Of a stretch of 64,000 nt of DNA, positions 12,827 through 25,015 are shown in pieces. Within the stretch, counting starts at the first letter, position 1. Every line of letters starts with the position of its first letter. The notes under the pieces are model-generated. The model had not been told where the DNA came from. It was given only the letters and a program-made list of their open reading frames with translations, and did no database searches. The stretch covers positions 10,535-74,534 of the forward strand of contig CAYNYJ010000001.1 in NCBI GenBank assembly GCA_964401355.1. Direction: 5' to 3'. The position numbers were made by a program, and so were the translations under genes. The DNA comes from an uncultured Ectothiorhodospiraceae bacterium (GTDB taxonomy: Bacteria > Pseudomonadota > Gammaproteobacteria > SZUA-152).

Positions 12827-12879
12827 TAAGATATAATTCTAGAAAGGATGTTAATAATTGAAACGGGCTCGGCCCAAAT

Positions 12880-13167
12880 ATGAATAAGGCTGTGAGTAAT
12901 CCCGAACCTACTCCTGAATCCACTAAAGTAATACCCAAGATACAGGGTTTTGGTGTTGCCGCCAGTCCGTTCAATGGCGTCAAAATCGAGCTTGGCCTCA
13001 GTATTTTGTTCGGAGCCTTGCTATGGCTGGCCGCAGATTCTATCACAGCCGATGAGACGACGCAGTGGCTGGTATTACTGGGCTATGCTTTGATCAGCAT
13101 GTGTTGGCTGGTGTTGCGAACGCGAGCCGTACTGCAGTGGTGTCTGGCGAACACTGGACGGGATTAA
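12880..13167 (+). CDS. Hypothetical small membrane protein (2 TM)
   Basis: 95-aa ORF with two hydrophobic helices between yhbY and rlmE. The RBS is weak and no domain was recognised. Confidence 0.3.
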   Translation: MNKAVSNPEPTPESTKVIPKIQGFGVAASPFNGVKIELGLSILFGALLWLAADSITADETTQWLVLLGYALISMCWLVLRTRAVLQWCLANTGRD

Positions 13168-13217
13168 GCGTGATGACTTGGCTTTTTGCGAATGCTACTT
13201 TTTAATGAACGGCAGCG

Positions 13218-13844
13218 ATGAAACGGACTAATAGCAGTCAAAACTGGTTGCGTCGTCATTTTAATGACTATTACGTAAAAGAGGCGCAAAAAGCGGGCTA
13301 TCGTTCGCGGGCGGTTTTTAAGCTGCTCGAGGTTCAGGAGAAAGACCGGATGATCCGTGCTGGGCAAGTTGTCGTGGATTTGGGGGCGGCCCCCGGTAGC
13401 TGGTCACAAATCGCGGCGCCCATCGTTGGTCAGTCTGGTGATGTTATTGCCATGGATATCCTGCCAATGGAGCCGTTGAAGGATGTGACGTTCATTGAAG
13501 GTGATTTCACGGAGCAAAATGTTCATGACCAGCTGCTTGCAACGTTAAATGGCCGTGGAGTTGACCTTGTATTGTCAGACATTGCCCCCAATATGAGTGG
13601 AATGAGGGCAGTAGATCAGCCTCGGGCGATGTATCTCGCGGAATTGGCGCTGGATTTTGCCCAGGGTACGCTGAAAACAGGAGGTGATTTTTTCACCAAA
13701 GTATTTCAGGGCGAGGGGTTTGACCCCTATTTGCGGACGCTGCGTCAATCGTTTGGCAAAGTGGTGATACGCAAGCCTAAGGCCTCGCGGCCAAAATCAC
13801 GTGAAGTGTATATTCTCGCAAAAGATTTTAAAGGTCAGCAGTGA
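13218..13844 (+). CDS. rlmE: 23S rRNA (uridine2552-2'-O)-methyltransferase RlmE/FtsJ
   Basis: SAM-binding motif [13 protein letters not shown] and the conserved rlmE-ftsH neighbourhood. Confidence 0.9.
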   Translation: MKRTNSSQNWLRRHFNDYYVKEAQKAGYRSRAVFKLLEVQEKDRMIRAGQVVVDLGAAPGSWSQIAAPIVGQSGDVIAMDILPMEPLKDVTFIEGDFTEQNVHDQLLATLNGRGVDLVLSDIAPNMSGMRAVDQPRAMYLAELALDFAQGTLKTGGDFFTKVFQGEGFDPYLRTLRQSFGKVVIRKPKASRPKSREVYILAKDFKGQQ

Positions 13845-14082
13845 GACGACGCGTGAGGTTTCGAATTGAGAGGTATCTGCCGATCTTAAATGGATCGGTA
13901 AACTAGGACGTTAAAAAGGGTGCCATAGTTGAAATTCGACACTGTTTAAGATACTAACCTTATAAAGGGCGACTTTTAATATTTGCGACTTTATAATCTA
14001 TAAATAATCAAGCAGGTGATTGTCGGCGTTTTTCGACAGTTTATTTGCCCACTAAATATCACAAACCCAGAGGTTACCCAGT

Positions 14083-16017
14083 TTGAGTGACTTAGCAAAA
14101 AATCTTGTCTTATGGATCGTTATCGCGGTTGTTTTGGTCTCGGTATTTAATAATTTTGGGCCGCGACCGACGTCGGCAAAACCGATGGATTATTCGGAAT
14201 TCGTGGCTGCCATTAAGCAGGGCTCTGTTTCAAAAGTGGAAATTGCGGGTCGGTCCATCCGTGGCCTCACTGTCAATGGCGATCGTTTTACGACCTACAG
14301 TCCTGATGATCCCGGTCTGATTGCGGATCTCTTGAACAGTGGCGTTATCATAGATGCCAAACCGCCGGAACAACCGGGCATGTTGACGCAGATCTTCATT
14401 TCCTGGTTTCCCATGTTGTTGCTGATCGGTGTGTGGATTTTCTTCATGCGACAGATGCAAGGCGGAGGCGGTGGTCGCGGTGCTATGTCCTTTGGCAAGA
14501 GCAAGGCGCGGCTGTTAAGCGAAGATCAGGTCAAGGTGAGTTTTAGCGATGTTGCCGGTGTCGAAGAGGCCAAGGAAGAAGTGGCCGAGCTGGTGGAATT
14601 TCTCAGCGATCCGGGAAAATTCCAAAAACTCGGCGGTAAAATTCCGCGCGGTGTGTTGCTGGTGGGTGCGCCGGGCACCGGTAAAACCCTCTTGGCCCGT
14701 GCTATCGCAGGTGAGGCCAAAGTGCCTTTTTACACGATTTCCGGCTCGGATTTTGTTGAGATGTTTGTGGGTGTGGGTGCCTCACGGGTGCGCGATATGT
14801 TTGAACAGGCCAAAAAACATGCGCCTTGCATTATCTTTATCGACGAAATTGATGCCGTTGGTCGTCACCGTGGTGCTGGTCTGGGCGGTGGACACGATGA
14901 ACGCGAACAAACCTTGAACCAGTTGCTGGTTGAGATGGATGGTTTTGAGGCGAATGATGGCGTTATCGTTATTGCCGCGACCAACCGTCCCGATGTGCTG
15001 GATCCGGCGTTGTTGCGTCCCGGTCGTTTTGATCGCCAAGTCGTGGTCAGTTTGCCTGACGTGCGGGGGCGTGAACAAATCCTTAAAGTACACATGCGCA
15101 AAGTACCGCTTAGTGAAGATGTGAAACCCAATATTATCGCTCGCGGCACTCCCGGGTTTTCCGGTGCCGATCTTGCCAATTTAGTCAACGAGGCCGCCTT
15201 GTTTGCCGCACGCGGTGATAATACATTTGTCACGATGATGAATTTTGAAAAGGCCAAAGACAAAATCATGATGGGTGCGGAGCGTAAATCCCTGGTGATG
15301 GATGAGTCTGAAAAACAACTGACGGCATTTCATGAGGCGGGTCATGCCATTGTGGGCTTGAGTGTGCCGTCACACGACCCGGTTTACAAAGTGACCATCA
15401 TTCCTCGTGGCCGCGCCCTGGGCGTGACGATGTTTTTGCCCGAGGCGGATCGTTACAGTTACAGCAAAGAGCGTCTGGAAAGCCAGGTATCAACGATGTT
15501 TGGTGGGCGTATTGCCGAAGAGCAGGTGTTCGGCCCGGAGTCTGTGACCACCGGTGCGTCTAACGATATTCAGCGTGCTACGGAGATTGCACGCAACATG
15601 GTGACCAAATGGGGCTTGTCCGAAAAACTGGGTCCATTGACTTACATGGAAGAAGAGGGTGAAGTTTTTCTCGGTCATTCCGTTGCACAGACCAAGCATG
15701 TTTCGGATGAAACTGCGCATATCATTGATGAAGAAATCCGTGTCATTATCGATCGAAACTACAAACGTGCGGAAAGTATTTTGATTGAGAAACGCGATGT
15801 ACTGGATGCCATGGCGGCAGCGTTAATGAAGTTTGAAACCATTGACCAGGCACAAATTAGCGATATCATGGAGGGCAAAGAACCGCGTCCGCCGGCTGAT
15901 TGGTCTGATGATAATGGAAATACAGATACACCGACAGGCAGTGATGAAAAACAAACCGGCAGCACTGAAGTAAAAAGTGACGAGAGTAAGATTGGTGGGC
16001 CTGCAGGCGAGCATTAA
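14083..16017 (+). CDS. ftsH: ATP-dependent zinc metalloprotease FtsH
   Basis: AAA Walker A ([11 protein letters not shown]), the SRH region, and the HEAGH zinc motif. The N-terminus aligns with E. coli FtsH. TTG is the apparent start. Confidence 0.95.
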   Translation: MSDLAKNLVLWIVIAVVLVSVFNNFGPRPTSAKPMDYSEFVAAIKQGSVSKVEIAGRSIRGLTVNGDRFTTYSPDDPGLIADLLNSGVIIDAKPPEQPGMLTQIFISWFPMLLLIGVWIFFMRQMQGGGGGRGAMSFGKSKARLLSEDQVKVSFSDVAGVEEAKEEVAELVEFLSDPGKFQKLGGKIPRGVLLVGAPGTGKTLLARAIAGEAKVPFYTISGSDFVEMFVGVGASRVRDMFEQAKKHAPCIIFIDEIDAVGRHRGAGLGGGHDEREQTLNQLLVEMDGFEANDGVIVIAATNRPDVLDPALLRPGRFDRQVVVSLPDVRGREQILKVHMRKVPLSEDVKPNIIARGTPGFSGADLANLVNEAALFAARGDNTFVTMMNFEKAKDKIMMGAERKSLVMDESEKQLTAFHEAGHAIVGLSVPSHDPVYKVTIIPRGRALGVTMFLPEADRYSYSKERLESQVSTMFGGRIAEEQVFGPESVTTGASNDIQRATEIARNMVTKWGLSEKLGPLTYMEEEGEVFLGHSVAQTKHVSDETAHIIDEEIRVIIDRNYKRAESILIEKRDVLDAMAAALMKFETIDQAQISDIMEGKEPRPPADWSDDNGNTDTPTGSDEKQTGSTEVKSDESKIGGPAGEH

Positions 16018-16026
16018 CTGCTGGCA

Positions 16027-16056
16027 CCTTCAACGAATTCGTTGAAGGTCGTTCTT
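16027..16056 (+). terminator. Hairpin/terminator after ftsH
   Basis: Perfect CCTTCAACG-AATT-CGTTGAAGG stem followed by a T-rich TCGTTCTTTAT tail. Confidence 0.55.
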
Positions 16057-16098
16057 TATGCTTGTCGTGGGTAGCGTGTTTCTGCACTGGTTTCTGCA

Positions 16099-16953
16099 AT
16101 GATAGATACGTTGAATTGTGGCGGAAAATTGCTGGATGTTTCACATGCGTCGCCAGCGAAAGTAATGGGTATTCTCAATGTGACCCCTGATTCCTTTTCG
16201 GACGGGGGTCTTTTTGTATCTGCCGAAAATGCCTTGGAACAGGCGCGCAAAATGTTGTTGGAAGGCGCTAACATCATTGATGTGGGGGGGGAGTCAACCC
16301 GTCCCGGTGCGGCTGCGGTAACGGTGCAACAGGAGCTGGATCGCGTTATTCCGGTGATTGAAGCGATTTATCGTGACTGTGACACAATACTGTCTATTGA
16401 TACCAGTAAGCCGGAAGTGATGCGCGAGGCGGTCAAAGCCGGTGCAGGAATGATTAATGATGTGCGTGCATTACGAGCATCGGGCGCGCTTGAAGCGGCC
16501 AGTAATGCTGCGAATGAAAACAACGTGGTAGTCTGCTTGATGCACATGCTGGGTGAGCCGCGTGTGATGCAGGATCATCCCGAATATGATGATGTTGTGA
16601 ATACGGTAAAAACTTTTTTGCAGGAGCGTATTGCGGCTTGTGTGGCGGTGGGTATTGCAGATGAGAATATGTTAATTGATCCGGGTTTTGGTTTCGGTAA
16701 AACGGTCGCACACAATTTGAGCTTGGTGAAGCATTTAGCGGAATTTACATTACTGGATAAGCCCATTGTGATGGGAGTATCTCGCAAGTCCACGGTCGGT
16801 GCTGTGCTCAATAGATCAACAGCAGAACGTTTGGCCGGTAGTTTGGCGATGGCCGTGCTGTGTTGTCAGCAGGGCGCGAACATTATTCGTACGCATGATG
16901 TGGCTGTAACAGTGGATGCGTTGAAAATGTGTCATGCCGTGCAGTCGGTGTGA
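16099..16953 (+). CDS. folP: Dihydropteroate synthase FolP
   Basis: Pterin-binding motif [14 protein letters not shown]. Confidence 0.9.
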   Translation: MIDTLNCGGKLLDVSHASPAKVMGILNVTPDSFSDGGLFVSAENALEQARKMLLEGANIIDVGGESTRPGAAAVTVQQELDRVIPVIEAIYRDCDTILSIDTSKPEVMREAVKAGAGMINDVRALRASGALEAASNAANENNVVVCLMHMLGEPRVMQDHPEYDDVVNTVKTFLQERIAACVAVGIADENMLIDPGFGFGKTVAHNLSLVKHLAEFTLLDKPIVMGVSRKSTVGAVLNRSTAERLAGSLAMAVLCCQQGANIIRTHDVAVTVDALKMCHAVQSV

Positions 16954-16996
16954 GTTGAGTTGCCGCTTTCAAAGATTGGTAGATAAGGAAGCAAGG

Positions 16997-18337
16997 ATGG
17001 AAAAAAAATATTTTGGTACTGACGGCATTCGCGGCACTGTCGGCGAGGGAGCCATTAATCCTGCCTTTATGTTGAAGTTGGGCTGGGCTGTTGGCCGGGT
17101 GTTGGCGAAAAATGGTTCCGGTAAAGTGTTGATCGGTAAGGATACCCGTATTTCGGGTTACATGTTTGAAAGTGCCCTGGAAGCAGGTTTGGCCGCAGCA
17201 GGCATCGACAGTTATTTATTGGGACCGATGCCGACACCGAGCATTGCTTATCTGACGCGTACCTTGCACGCCGATGCCGGTATTGTTATTAGCGCATCAC
17301 ATAATCCGTATCAGGATAACGGTTTGAAATTTTTTTCGTCGCGAGGCACAAAACTTTCTGATGAGATTGAATTGGCGATTGAGGCCGAACTTGAAAAAGA
17401 AATGTTATGTGTCGATTCCGCCTCGCTGGGAAAGGCAGAGCGGGTGGTGGATGCGGCGGGCCGCTATATCGAATTTTGTAAAAGTACGGTGCCATCTTCC
17501 TTGAGTTTGAGGGGAATGAAAATTGTGGTGGATTGCGCGCATGGTGCGACTTATCACATTGCCCCGAGTGTGTTTGATGAATTGGGCGCCGAGGTGGTTT
17601 CCATCGGTGTTGCCCCCAATGGTCTGAATATTAATGATGAGGTGGGCTCGACGCAGCCTGCGGCGCTGCAGCGCACGGTATTGGAACATGGCGCAGATTT
17701 GGGTATTGCGCTGGATGGCGACGGTGACCGGGTGATCATGGTTGACCATAAAGGTGAAATCGTCGATGGCGATGAGTTGCTGTACATCATTGCTCGTTCA
17801 CGATTGAGCGAAGGCAGTCTGCCTGGCGCGGTTGTGGGTACCTTGATGAGTAACCTCGGCTTGGAAATTGCGCTTCGGCGAGACGGTATCGATTTCAAGC
17901 GCGCCAAAGTGGGTGACCGTTATGTGATGGAGCTGCTGAATAATGGTGGCTGGACCCTCGGGGGTGAGTCGTCGGGCCATATTATCTGCCTGGATCGTAC
18001 CTCTACAGGTGATGGCATCGTTGCGGCGTTGCAGGTGATCTACGCCGTGCGGTCTACGGGCCTTAGTCTGAACGAATTGAAATCCGGAATGAATAAGTTT
18101 CCACAATACATGGAAAATGTGCAGGTCAGCGGCAAAGTTGATCCCGATGCGTCTGCGGATATTGTGCAAGCGGTCAGCGAGGCCGAGGCCGAATTAGGCG
18201 ACCGTGGCCGAGTATTGTTGCGGCCCTCGGGGACTGAACCGGTGGTGCGGGTGATGGTAGAGGGTGAAGATGCGGCCATGGTCAGCCAGCTTACGCGCCG
18301 TTTGGCGCTTGTGGTCAAGGAGGCCTTGTCGGAATAA
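16997..18337 (+). CDS. glmM: Phosphoglucosamine mutase GlmM
   Basis: [13 protein letters not shown] and the active-site Ser motif [11 protein letters not shown]. The internal ATG at 16997 was chosen. Confidence 0.92.
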   Translation: MEKKYFGTDGIRGTVGEGAINPAFMLKLGWAVGRVLAKNGSGKVLIGKDTRISGYMFESALEAGLAAAGIDSYLLGPMPTPSIAYLTRTLHADAGIVISASHNPYQDNGLKFFSSRGTKLSDEIELAIEAELEKEMLCVDSASLGKAERVVDAAGRYIEFCKSTVPSSLSLRGMKIVVDCAHGATYHIAPSVFDELGAEVVSIGVAPNGLNINDEVGSTQPAALQRTVLEHGADLGIALDGDGDRVIMVDHKGEIVDGDELLYIIARSRLSEGSLPGAVVGTLMSNLGLEIALRRDGIDFKRAKVGDRYVMELLNNGGWTLGGESSGHIICLDRTSTGDGIVAALQVIYAVRSTGLSLNELKSGMNKFPQYMENVQVSGKVDPDASADIVQAVSEAEAELGDRGRVLLRPSGTEPVVRVMVEGEDAAMVSQLTRRLALVVKEALSE

Positions 18338-18370
18338 GCCCCAAAGGCCCCACAGTTTGTCTTTTTGGTG

Positions 18371-18403
18371 CAGGGCGGTTAGTATTTGCGCCCTGATTTT
18401 TGA
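18371..18403 (+). terminator. Rho-independent terminator after glmM
   Basis: CAGGGCG-N11-CGCCCTG followed by ATTTTTGA. Confidence 0.55.
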
Positions 18404-18610
18404 CTGGATCTATGGGGCAATAGTCGGGTTTATTTTGAAGGCTGCTGCACAAAAGGATAGTCGGAACCATTTTATACTGATGCTGGGAGTGGCACGTTTT
18501 GAACACCCAGCAGAGTAAGACTGATAGCCCCTAGGGTTATTATTCATTAGCATTTTGCGAGTACTGTTTGCGGTATTTTACAGTACTAAAAAGAAAGGAA
18601 AAAAATTCTT

Positions 18611-19360
18611 ATGCGTCAAACACTTGTAGCCGGTAACTGGAAAATGAACGGTTCTCTGAAATCCAACCAGCGGCTGCTTGAGGGGATTAAAGCGGGTGTT
18701 GAGGCGGGTGTGGCTGCAAAAGTAGTGGTCTTCCCTCCCGCGATTTATCTCAGTCAGGTAGCGGCAGTGTTAGAGGACAGTGGGGTTTCCTGGGGGGGGC
18801 AAAATATCAGTCCCAAAAGATTGGGGGCCTTCACCGGCGAAATTTCTACCGGTATGTTACTGGATACCCAATGCAAATATGTCATCGTTGGCCACTCAGA
18901 GCGTCGTGCATTGTTTGGCGATACCGACGCAGTGGTTGCGGATAAATATGCTGCCGCCATGATCGCTGGATTGATTCCCATTCTGTGTGTGGGAGAGTTG
19001 TTGGAGGAGCGCGAGTCGGGTGATACCGAAGCGGTGGTTGCCCGACAGTTAGATGCGGTGTTGCAAAAATCAGGTGTAGCGGCTTTGGCTGCCGGCATCG
19101 TCGCCTACGAACCGGTATGGGCGATCGGCACCGGTGAAACGGCTTCACCTCAGCAGGCTCAGGATGTACACGCTTTTATTCGCCAAAGAGTGCGTGAAAA
19201 AAATGCTGCTGTCGCCGAAAAACTCCAGATTCTTTACGGTGGCAGTGTAAAACCGGATAATGCTGCTGAGTTATTTGCGATGGCGGATATTGATGGTGGC
19301 CTGATCGGTGGCGCGTCGCTGGAAGCTGATGGATTTCTGGCCATTTGCCGTGCTGGTTAG
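18611..19360 (+). CDS. tpiA: Triosephosphate isomerase TpiA
   Basis: VAGNWKMNGS, GHSERR and the AYEPVWAIGTG active-site motifs. Confidence 0.92.
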   Translation: MRQTLVAGNWKMNGSLKSNQRLLEGIKAGVEAGVAAKVVVFPPAIYLSQVAAVLEDSGVSWGGQNISPKRLGAFTGEISTGMLLDTQCKYVIVGHSERRALFGDTDAVVADKYAAAMIAGLIPILCVGELLEERESGDTEAVVARQLDAVLQKSGVAALAAGIVAYEPVWAIGTGETASPQQAQDVHAFIRQRVREKNAAVAEKLQILYGGSVKPDNAAELFAMADIDGGLIGGASLEADGFLAICRAG

Positions 19361-19420
19361 TTGCGATAATTAGTTGCGCTCGACATAAAAATGAAACGTA
19401 CTATTTGAGTTTATAACGTT

Positions 19421-19801
19421 ATGCAAACAGCATTAATAGCAATTCATGTTTTGGTTGCATTTAGCATTGTTGGTCTCGTGCTCATGCAACATGGCAAGGG
19501 CGCGGACGCTGGGGCAGCGTTCGGGGCGGGTGCAGCAGGCGGGGCCTCGGGGTCTGTTTTTGGCTCCAAGGGATCCAGCAATTTCCTTTCGCGATCCACG
19601 GCCATCCTGGCGACCATTTTTTTTATGACCAGTCTTTCCATGGCCTATATGTCCAGAAGCATGGAGACGCCAACAAGCTTGATGGATCAGCAGACAGAGG
19701 CACCTGCAAGTTCATTGATGTCAGAAGGCATGGATATTTCTGATGCCCCTGTGGTGCCGATGCAGCAGCAGGATATCAGTGATGTGCCGGAAAACCCATA
19801 G
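19421..19801 (+). CDS. secG: Preprotein translocase subunit SecG
   Basis: N-terminal TM helix plus [15 protein letters not shown], and the conserved secG-tRNA-Leu arrangement. Confidence 0.85.
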   Translation: MQTALIAIHVLVAFSIVGLVLMQHGKGADAGAAFGAGAAGGASGSVFGSKGSSNFLSRSTAILATIFFMTSLSMAYMSRSMETPTSLMDQQTEAPASSLMSEGMDISDAPVVPMQQQDISDVPENP

Positions 19802-19944
19802 TCGGGTTTTATCAACATGGTTTTCTCGACCATTGTTTTCGAGCGTCGTTTTTGATCATAAATTAGAATAGAGAGTGTAGGCACATTTCCAAACGTCATG
19901 ACGACTTTGACTGGCGGGATAGGCGATCTTCACAAAACAAATAT

Positions 19945-20029
19945 GCCGATGTGGTGAAATTGGTAGACACGCTATCTTGAGGGGGTAGTGGCGAAAGCTG
20001 TGCCGGTTCGACTCCGGCCATCGGCACCA
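19945..20029 (+). tRNA. leuU: tRNA-Leu(GAG), class II with a long variable arm
   Basis: Acceptor stem GCCGATG/CATCGGC, T-arm GCCGG-TTCGACT-CCGGC, anticodon loop TTGAGGG giving anticodon GAG, and a terminal CCA. It sits downstream of secG as in E. coli leuU. Confidence 0.85.
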
Positions 20030-20284
20030 TAATTAAGCATAAAGTAATAGGGTGCCCGGAAATGGTGCGAATTAAAGCATTGATTGCCAAGGGTTATTTC
20101 TGTTCATGTCAGTCTTGACAAGCTCTTTTGAACTAGCCTAGACTTAGTGGTTAGTGTGGACGAGTAGCGATGTACTGCTTGGTACAAAAGTTGGCATTGG
20201 TTGTCACTGAAGTGTTTGCGACAAACATTTTGTAAAAACGTTAAAAAAACAATAATAATATCTGCGGGTGGGACTCTAAGCAGT

Positions 20285-20641
20285 ATGCTTGAAAATTATT
20301 TACCTATTCTGGTGTTTTTGGTGCTGGGCCTGTTTTTTGGCATAGCGCCGATTGCTATGGCTTATGTGCTGAGCGAACAACGACCCGATAGCGCAAAAAC
20401 ATCTCCCTACGAATGCGGCTTTGAAGCCTTTGAAGACTCGCGCATGAAGTTTGATGTGCGTTTTTATCTGGTCGCTATTTTGTTTATCATTTTCGATCTT
20501 GAGATTGCCTTTATGTTTCCCTGGGCGATAGTACTTGGGGATCTTGGGGTTTATGGTTTCTGGGTTATGTTTGTCTTTTTAGCGATTCTGATTGCCGGCT
20601 TTGCCTATGAATGGAAAAAAGGGGCAATGGAATGGGAATAG
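20285..20641 (+). CDS. nuoA: NADH-quinone oxidoreductase subunit A
   Basis: Typical NuoA ([12 protein letters not shown]...[11 protein letters not shown]-like motif [14 protein letters not shown]). The internal ATG was chosen. Confidence 0.9.
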   Translation: MLENYLPILVFLVLGLFFGIAPIAMAYVLSEQRPDSAKTSPYECGFEAFEDSRMKFDVRFYLVAILFIIFDLEIAFMFPWAIVLGDLGVYGFWVMFVFLAILIAGFAYEWKKGAMEWE

Positions 20642-21108
20642 AAGGCATTCTGGAGAAAGGGGTTGTCACCACCTCTGCGGATAAACTCATTAACTGGGCA
20701 CGAACCGGTTCTTTATGGCCGATGACTTTTGGTCTTGCCTGTTGCGCGGTAGAAATGATGCATGCAGGTGCATCGCGTTATGATCTTGATCGTTTTGGCG
20801 TGATTTTTCGTCCTAGCCCGCGACAATCGGATGTGATGATCGTTGCAGGTACTTTGGTGAATAAAATGGCGCCAGCACTGCGAAAAGTCTATGACCAAAT
20901 GGCTGAACCACGCTGGGTGATTTCTATGGGGTCGTGCGCCAATGGTGGTGGTTATTACCACTATTCATATGCCGTTGTGCGTGGTTGTGACCGTATAGTG
21001 CCGGTTGATATCTATGTGCCAGGTTGTCCGCCAACGGCAGAAGCGTTGTTGTACGGCATTATTCAGTTACAAAATAAAATTAAGCGCACAAATACTATTG
21101 CGCGTTAG
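20632..21108 (+). CDS. nuoB: NADH-quinone oxidoreductase subunit B
   Basis: N2 Fe-S cluster motifs [10 protein letters not shown] and [14 protein letters not shown]...PGCPP. An AAGGGG SD precedes the ATG at 20632. Confidence 0.9.
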   Translation: MGIEGILEKGVVTTSADKLINWARTGSLWPMTFGLACCAVEMMHAGASRYDLDRFGVIFRPSPRQSDVMIVAGTLVNKMAPALRKVYDQMAEPRWVISMGSCANGGGYYHYSYAVVRGCDRIVPVDIYVPGCPPTAEALLYGIIQLQNKIKRTNTIAR

Positions 21109-21206
21109 CGGTAGCCGTTAATTCTAGCCAGTAAACGCAATCGTTAATAATAATGGTATTTTGGCCATGTTGGCTAATTTTAAAATAAGTGAAGTGAGGA
21201 ATTTTT

Positions 21207-21890
21207 TTGCCAATGAGTAACGCTGTCGACAAACTTGCCGCGTGTATTCAGGATCGCTTCAGCGATCTGCTGGCTGTTGATGTGGCTTTTGATGAAGTTA
21301 CTATTGAAGTGGCTACCAAGAATGTCTTGCAATTATGCACGGCGTTGCGTGATGAATCGGAATTTGCCTTTACCTTGCTAATTGATCTTTGCGCAGTCGA
21401 TTACCTCACCTATGGCAAAGCTGAATGGGAGACTAATTCGGCGACCGGGAGTGGTTTTAGCCGTGGTGTAGCAGACCTTGAAGTGACTACCAGCCAGGGC
21501 GAAGACCCGCGGCGATTTGCAGTGGTTTATCACTTGCTGTCGGTGACGAATAACTGTCGTCTACGGGTAAAAATTTATCTTGATGAAAATGAACCCATTG
21601 TGGATTCTGTTGTGGATATTTGGTCGGGTGCCAACTGGTTTGAACGTGAAGCCTTTGACTTGTATGGCGTTATGTTTCGCGGCCATCCTGATTTGCGCCG
21701 GCTGTTAACGGACTATGGTTTCATTGGTCACCCATTCCGTAAAGATTTCCCGTTAATCGGCAACGTAGAGATGCGTTACGATGCGGAAAAGCGTCGCGTG
21801 ATATACGAGCCGGTCAGTATTGAACCGCGAACACTGGTGCCGAAAGTCATCCGTGACGATCAGCAATTGGGTGGTGAGAAAAGTGCCTGA
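21207..21890 (+). CDS. nuoC: NADH-quinone oxidoreductase subunit C
   Basis: NuoC/30-kDa subunit pattern. It is separate from nuoD, not fused as in enterics and Pseudomonas. Confidence 0.88.
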   Translation: MPMSNAVDKLAACIQDRFSDLLAVDVAFDEVTIEVATKNVLQLCTALRDESEFAFTLLIDLCAVDYLTYGKAEWETNSATGSGFSRGVADLEVTTSQGEDPRRFAVVYHLLSVTNNCRLRVKIYLDENEPIVDSVVDIWSGANWFEREAFDLYGVMFRGHPDLRRLLTDYGFIGHPFRKDFPLIGNVEMRYDAEKRRVIYEPVSIEPRTLVPKVIRDDQQLGGEKSA

Positions 21891-23136
21891 GATTAAGAAT
21901 TACACTCTGAATTTTGGGCCTCAGCATCCTTCTGCGCATGGCGTGCTGCGCTTGGTACTGGAAATGGATGGCGAGACGATTGAACGCGCCGATCCTCATA
22001 TTGGTCTTTTGCATCGTGCCACGGAAAAGCTGGCCGAATCCAAACCTTACAACCAAAATATTCCTTACATGGATCGTCTCGATTACGTTTCCATGATGTG
22101 CAATGAACACAGTTACGTTTTGGCCCTGGAAAAAATGCTGGGCGTAGAAGCACCTGAGCGAGCGCAGTATATTCGCGTGATGTTCGATGAAATCACCCGT
22201 ATCTTGAATCACTTAATGTGGTTAGGCGCACATGCGCTGGACATCGGTGCAATGACGATTTTTTTGTATGCCTTCCGCGAACGTGAAGACATGATGGACA
22301 TGTACGAGGCCGTTTCTGGTGCGCGCATGCATGCAGCTTATTATCGACCGGGTGGCGTGTATCGGGATCTTCCTGAGAAAATGCCGCAGTACGAAGCTTC
22401 TAAATGGCACAGCCAGAAAGAGGTTGATGTTAAAAATCAAAATCGACAGGGAACTCTGCTGGATTTCATTGAAGACTTCACCAATCGTTTTCCTGGCTGC
22501 GTTGATGAATATGAAACACTGTTGACGGATAACCGCATCTGGAAACAACGCACCGTGGGTATTGGTGTAGTCAGTCCGGAACGAGCATTGCAGTTAGGAT
22601 TCACCGGACCCATGCTGCGCGGTTCAGGTATCGAGTGGGATCTGCGTAAAAAACAGCCTTACGAAATTTATGACCGGCTGGATTTTGAAATTCCAATTGG
22701 CGCGACGGGCGACAGTTACGACCGGTATTTGGTGCGCATTGAAGAGATGCGTCAATCCAACAGTCTTATCAAGCAGTGCATCACTTGGTTGCGTGAGAAC
22801 CCGGGTCCAGTGATGCTAGATGATCACAAGTTAACTCCGCCCAGTCGTGAACATATGAAGGATGACATGGAGTCATTGATTCACCACTTTAAGTTATTTA
22901 CCGAAGGTTATGCTTTGCCCCCAGGTGAAGTTTATGCCGCTATTGAACATCCCAAGGGCGAGTTTGGTATTTATCTGGTGTCGGATGGTTCTAACAAACC
23001 GTATCGTTTAAAAATTCGCGCACCAGGGTTTGCCCATATTTCAGCGTTGGATGAAATGGTACGTGGGCACATGTTGGCTGACGTAGTGGCAATAATTGGT
23101 ACTCAGGATATCGTATTTGGCGAGGTGGATCGTTAA
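21886..23136 (+). CDS. nuoD: NADH-quinone oxidoreductase subunit D
   Basis: 49-kDa subunit motifs [15 protein letters not shown] and a C-terminal [18 protein letters not shown]. The GTG at 21886 gives the canonical MPEIKNY N-terminus and overlaps the nuoC stop. Confidence 0.88.
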   Translation, partial: PEIKNYTLNFGPQHPSAHGVLRLVLEMDGETIERADPHIGLLHRATEKLAESKPYNQNIPYMDRLDYVSMMCNEHSYVLALEKMLGVEAPERAQYIRVMFDEITRILNHLMWLGAHALDIGAMTIFLYAFREREDMMDMYEAVSGARMHAAYYRPGGVYRDLPEKMPQYEASKWHSQKEVDVKNQNRQGTLLDFIEDFTNRFPGCVDEYETLLTDNRIWKQRTVGIGVVSPERALQLGFTGPMLRGSGIEWDLRKKQPYEIYDRLDFEIPIGATGDSYDRYLVRIEEMRQSNSLIKQCITWLRENPGPVMLDDHKLTPPSREHMKDDMESLIHHFKLFTEGYALPPGEVYAAIEHPKGEFGIYLVSDGSNKPYRLKIRAPGFAHISALDEMVRGHMLADVVAIIGTQDIVFGEVDR

Positions 23137-23642
23137 TGGTTGCGGTCATGAACCAAGATGTGGATCAGATGATTTCTGCGGAATCCAGGGCTGAAATTGA
23201 TCAATGGGTTGCGAAATATCCACCTGAACAAAAACAGTCTGCGGTAATGGCAGCATTACGCATCGTTCAAGATGCGAATGAGAGTTATTTAACGACTGAG
23301 TTGATGGATGCGGTGGCGGACTATCTTGAAATGCCCCGTGTTTCGGTTTACGAAGTTGCCACCTTTTATTCCATGTATGAATTGTCACCCGTGGGTAAAC
23401 ATAAAATATGTGTCTGTACGAACATATCCTGCATGCTATGTGGTTCCGATGAAGTGGTCGCGCATTTGAAAGAAAAATTGGGTATTGGTTTTGGTGAAAC
23501 CACGGCTGATGGTCGCTTCACATTGAAAGAGGTGGAATGTTTAGGAGCTTGTGTCGGCGCGCCGATGTTACAAATAGGCACCCAGTATCACGAACATTTA
23601 ACCGCTGAAAAAATCGACCAAATTTTAGATGGCTTGGATTAG
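23136..23642 (+). CDS. nuoE: NADH-quinone oxidoreductase subunit E
   Basis: 24-kDa subunit with the 2Fe-2S Cys pattern ([12 protein letters not shown]...CLGACVGAP). Confidence 0.9.
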   Translation: MVAVMNQDVDQMISAESRAEIDQWVAKYPPEQKQSAVMAALRIVQDANESYLTTELMDAVADYLEMPRVSVYEVATFYSMYELSPVGKHKICVCTNISCMLCGSDEVVAHLKEKLGIGFGETTADGRFTLKEVECLGACVGAPMLQIGTQYHEHLTAEKIDQILDGLD

Positions 23643-23659
23643 ACTGGAAACTAAAAATA

Positions 23660-24937
23660 ATGGTCAACGAAGTCTGTTTTAAAACCCTACACCTCGATAA
23701 ACCGTGGACGCTTGAGACTTATCAAAACGAAGGTGGCTATGAGGTGTGGAAAAAGCTTCTGGCTGAGAAAACTTCGCCGGAAGATATTATCAGCGAACTG
23801 AAGGCGTCGGCATTACGGGGCAGAGGCGGTGCTGGTTTTCCAACGGGACTAAAATGGAGTTTCATGCCGCGTAATACGCCGGGACAGAAATATATTGTCT
23901 GCAATTCAGATGAAGGCGAGCCAGGCACGTGTAAAGATCGGGATATTCTGCGCTACAACCCTCATGCGCTGGTGGAAGGTATGGCTATTGCCGGCTATAC
24001 CATTGGCGCGACCGTAGGTTATAACTATATACGTGGTGAATTTTGGGAACCTTACGAGCGTTTTCAACAGGCAATCGATGATGCCTATGCGGCAGGATTG
24101 CTGGGTAAAAATATCATGGGTTCCGGTGTAGATTTTGATCTTTACACGCACTTGGGTGGAGGAGCCTATATTTGCGGCGAAGAGACTGCACTGCTGGAAT
24201 CTCTTGAAGGCAAGAAAGGCCAGCCGCGTTTCAAACCACCATTTCCTGCCAGCTTTGGCCTATATGGTCGACCCACCACAATTAATAACACCGAGACGCT
24301 TGCTTCAGTACCCTTGATTTTGCAAAAAGGGGGGCAGTGGTTTCTCGATATTGGCAAACCCAATAATGGTGGGCCAAAAATTTATAGCGTCAGCGGCCAC
24401 GTTAATAATCCCGGTAACTTTGAAGTGCCCATGGGTATGCCTTTTTCAGAATTATTGGAAATGGCTGGCGGTGTAAAAGACGGTAATAAACTGAAGGCGG
24501 TTATTCCTGGTGGTTCATCAACGCCTGTACTGACGGGCGAAGAAATGATGGAAGTCACCATGGATTATGATTCCATTGCCAAGGCGGGTTCAATGTTAGG
24601 TGCGGGTTCTGTTATCGTTATGGATGAAACAACCTGCATGGTACGTGCTCTGGCGCGTATCTCACATTTTTATTATGAAGAGTCCTGCGGACAATGTACG
24701 CCTTGCCGTGAGGGTACGGGTTGGCTGTCTCGCGTGATACATCGCATAGAGCACGGACAAGGCAAGCCAGAAGATCTGGATTTATTGCTGGATGTCGCCA
24801 ATAAAATACAGGGGCGAACGATCTGTGCGTTAGGCGATGCTGCTGCGATGCCGGTTAGCAGTTTTGTGAAAAAATTTCGGGATGAGTTCCAATACCATAT
24901 CGACCACAAGACTTGTATGGTGGGTGCGGGAAGTTAA
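23660..24937 (+). CDS. nuoF: NADH-quinone oxidoreductase subunit F
   Basis: 51-kDa subunit with the FMN/NADH site [13 protein letters not shown] and N3 cluster Cys residues [12 protein letters not shown]. Confidence 0.93.
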   Translation: MVNEVCFKTLHLDKPWTLETYQNEGGYEVWKKLLAEKTSPEDIISELKASALRGRGGAGFPTGLKWSFMPRNTPGQKYIVCNSDEGEPGTCKDRDILRYNPHALVEGMAIAGYTIGATVGYNYIRGEFWEPYERFQQAIDDAYAAGLLGKNIMGSGVDFDLYTHLGGGAYICGEETALLESLEGKKGQPRFKPPFPASFGLYGRPTTINNTETLASVPLILQKGGQWFLDIGKPNNGGPKIYSVSGHVNNPGNFEVPMGMPFSELLEMAGGVKDGNKLKAVIPGGSSTPVLTGEEMMEVTMDYDSIAKAGSMLGAGSVIVMDETTCMVRALARISHFYYEESCGQCTPCREGTGWLSRVIHRIEHGQGKPEDLDLLLDVANKIQGRTICALGDAAAMPVSSFVKKFRDEFQYHIDHKTCMVGAGS

Positions 24938-25015
24938 TGACATTAATATCTGTAGTAACAATAGTAAAATGTATAACAAATTTTTGTAGCAATTAAGAAT
25001 GGTGTGAGTATCACG

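Noticed and set aside
18264-18518. 84-aa ORF in the glmM-tpiA intergenic region
   Set aside because: It begins inside glmM and spans the glmM terminator, with no RBS. The gap more likely holds the tpiA promoter and the 8-bp inverted repeat AGTACTGT...ACAGTACT.
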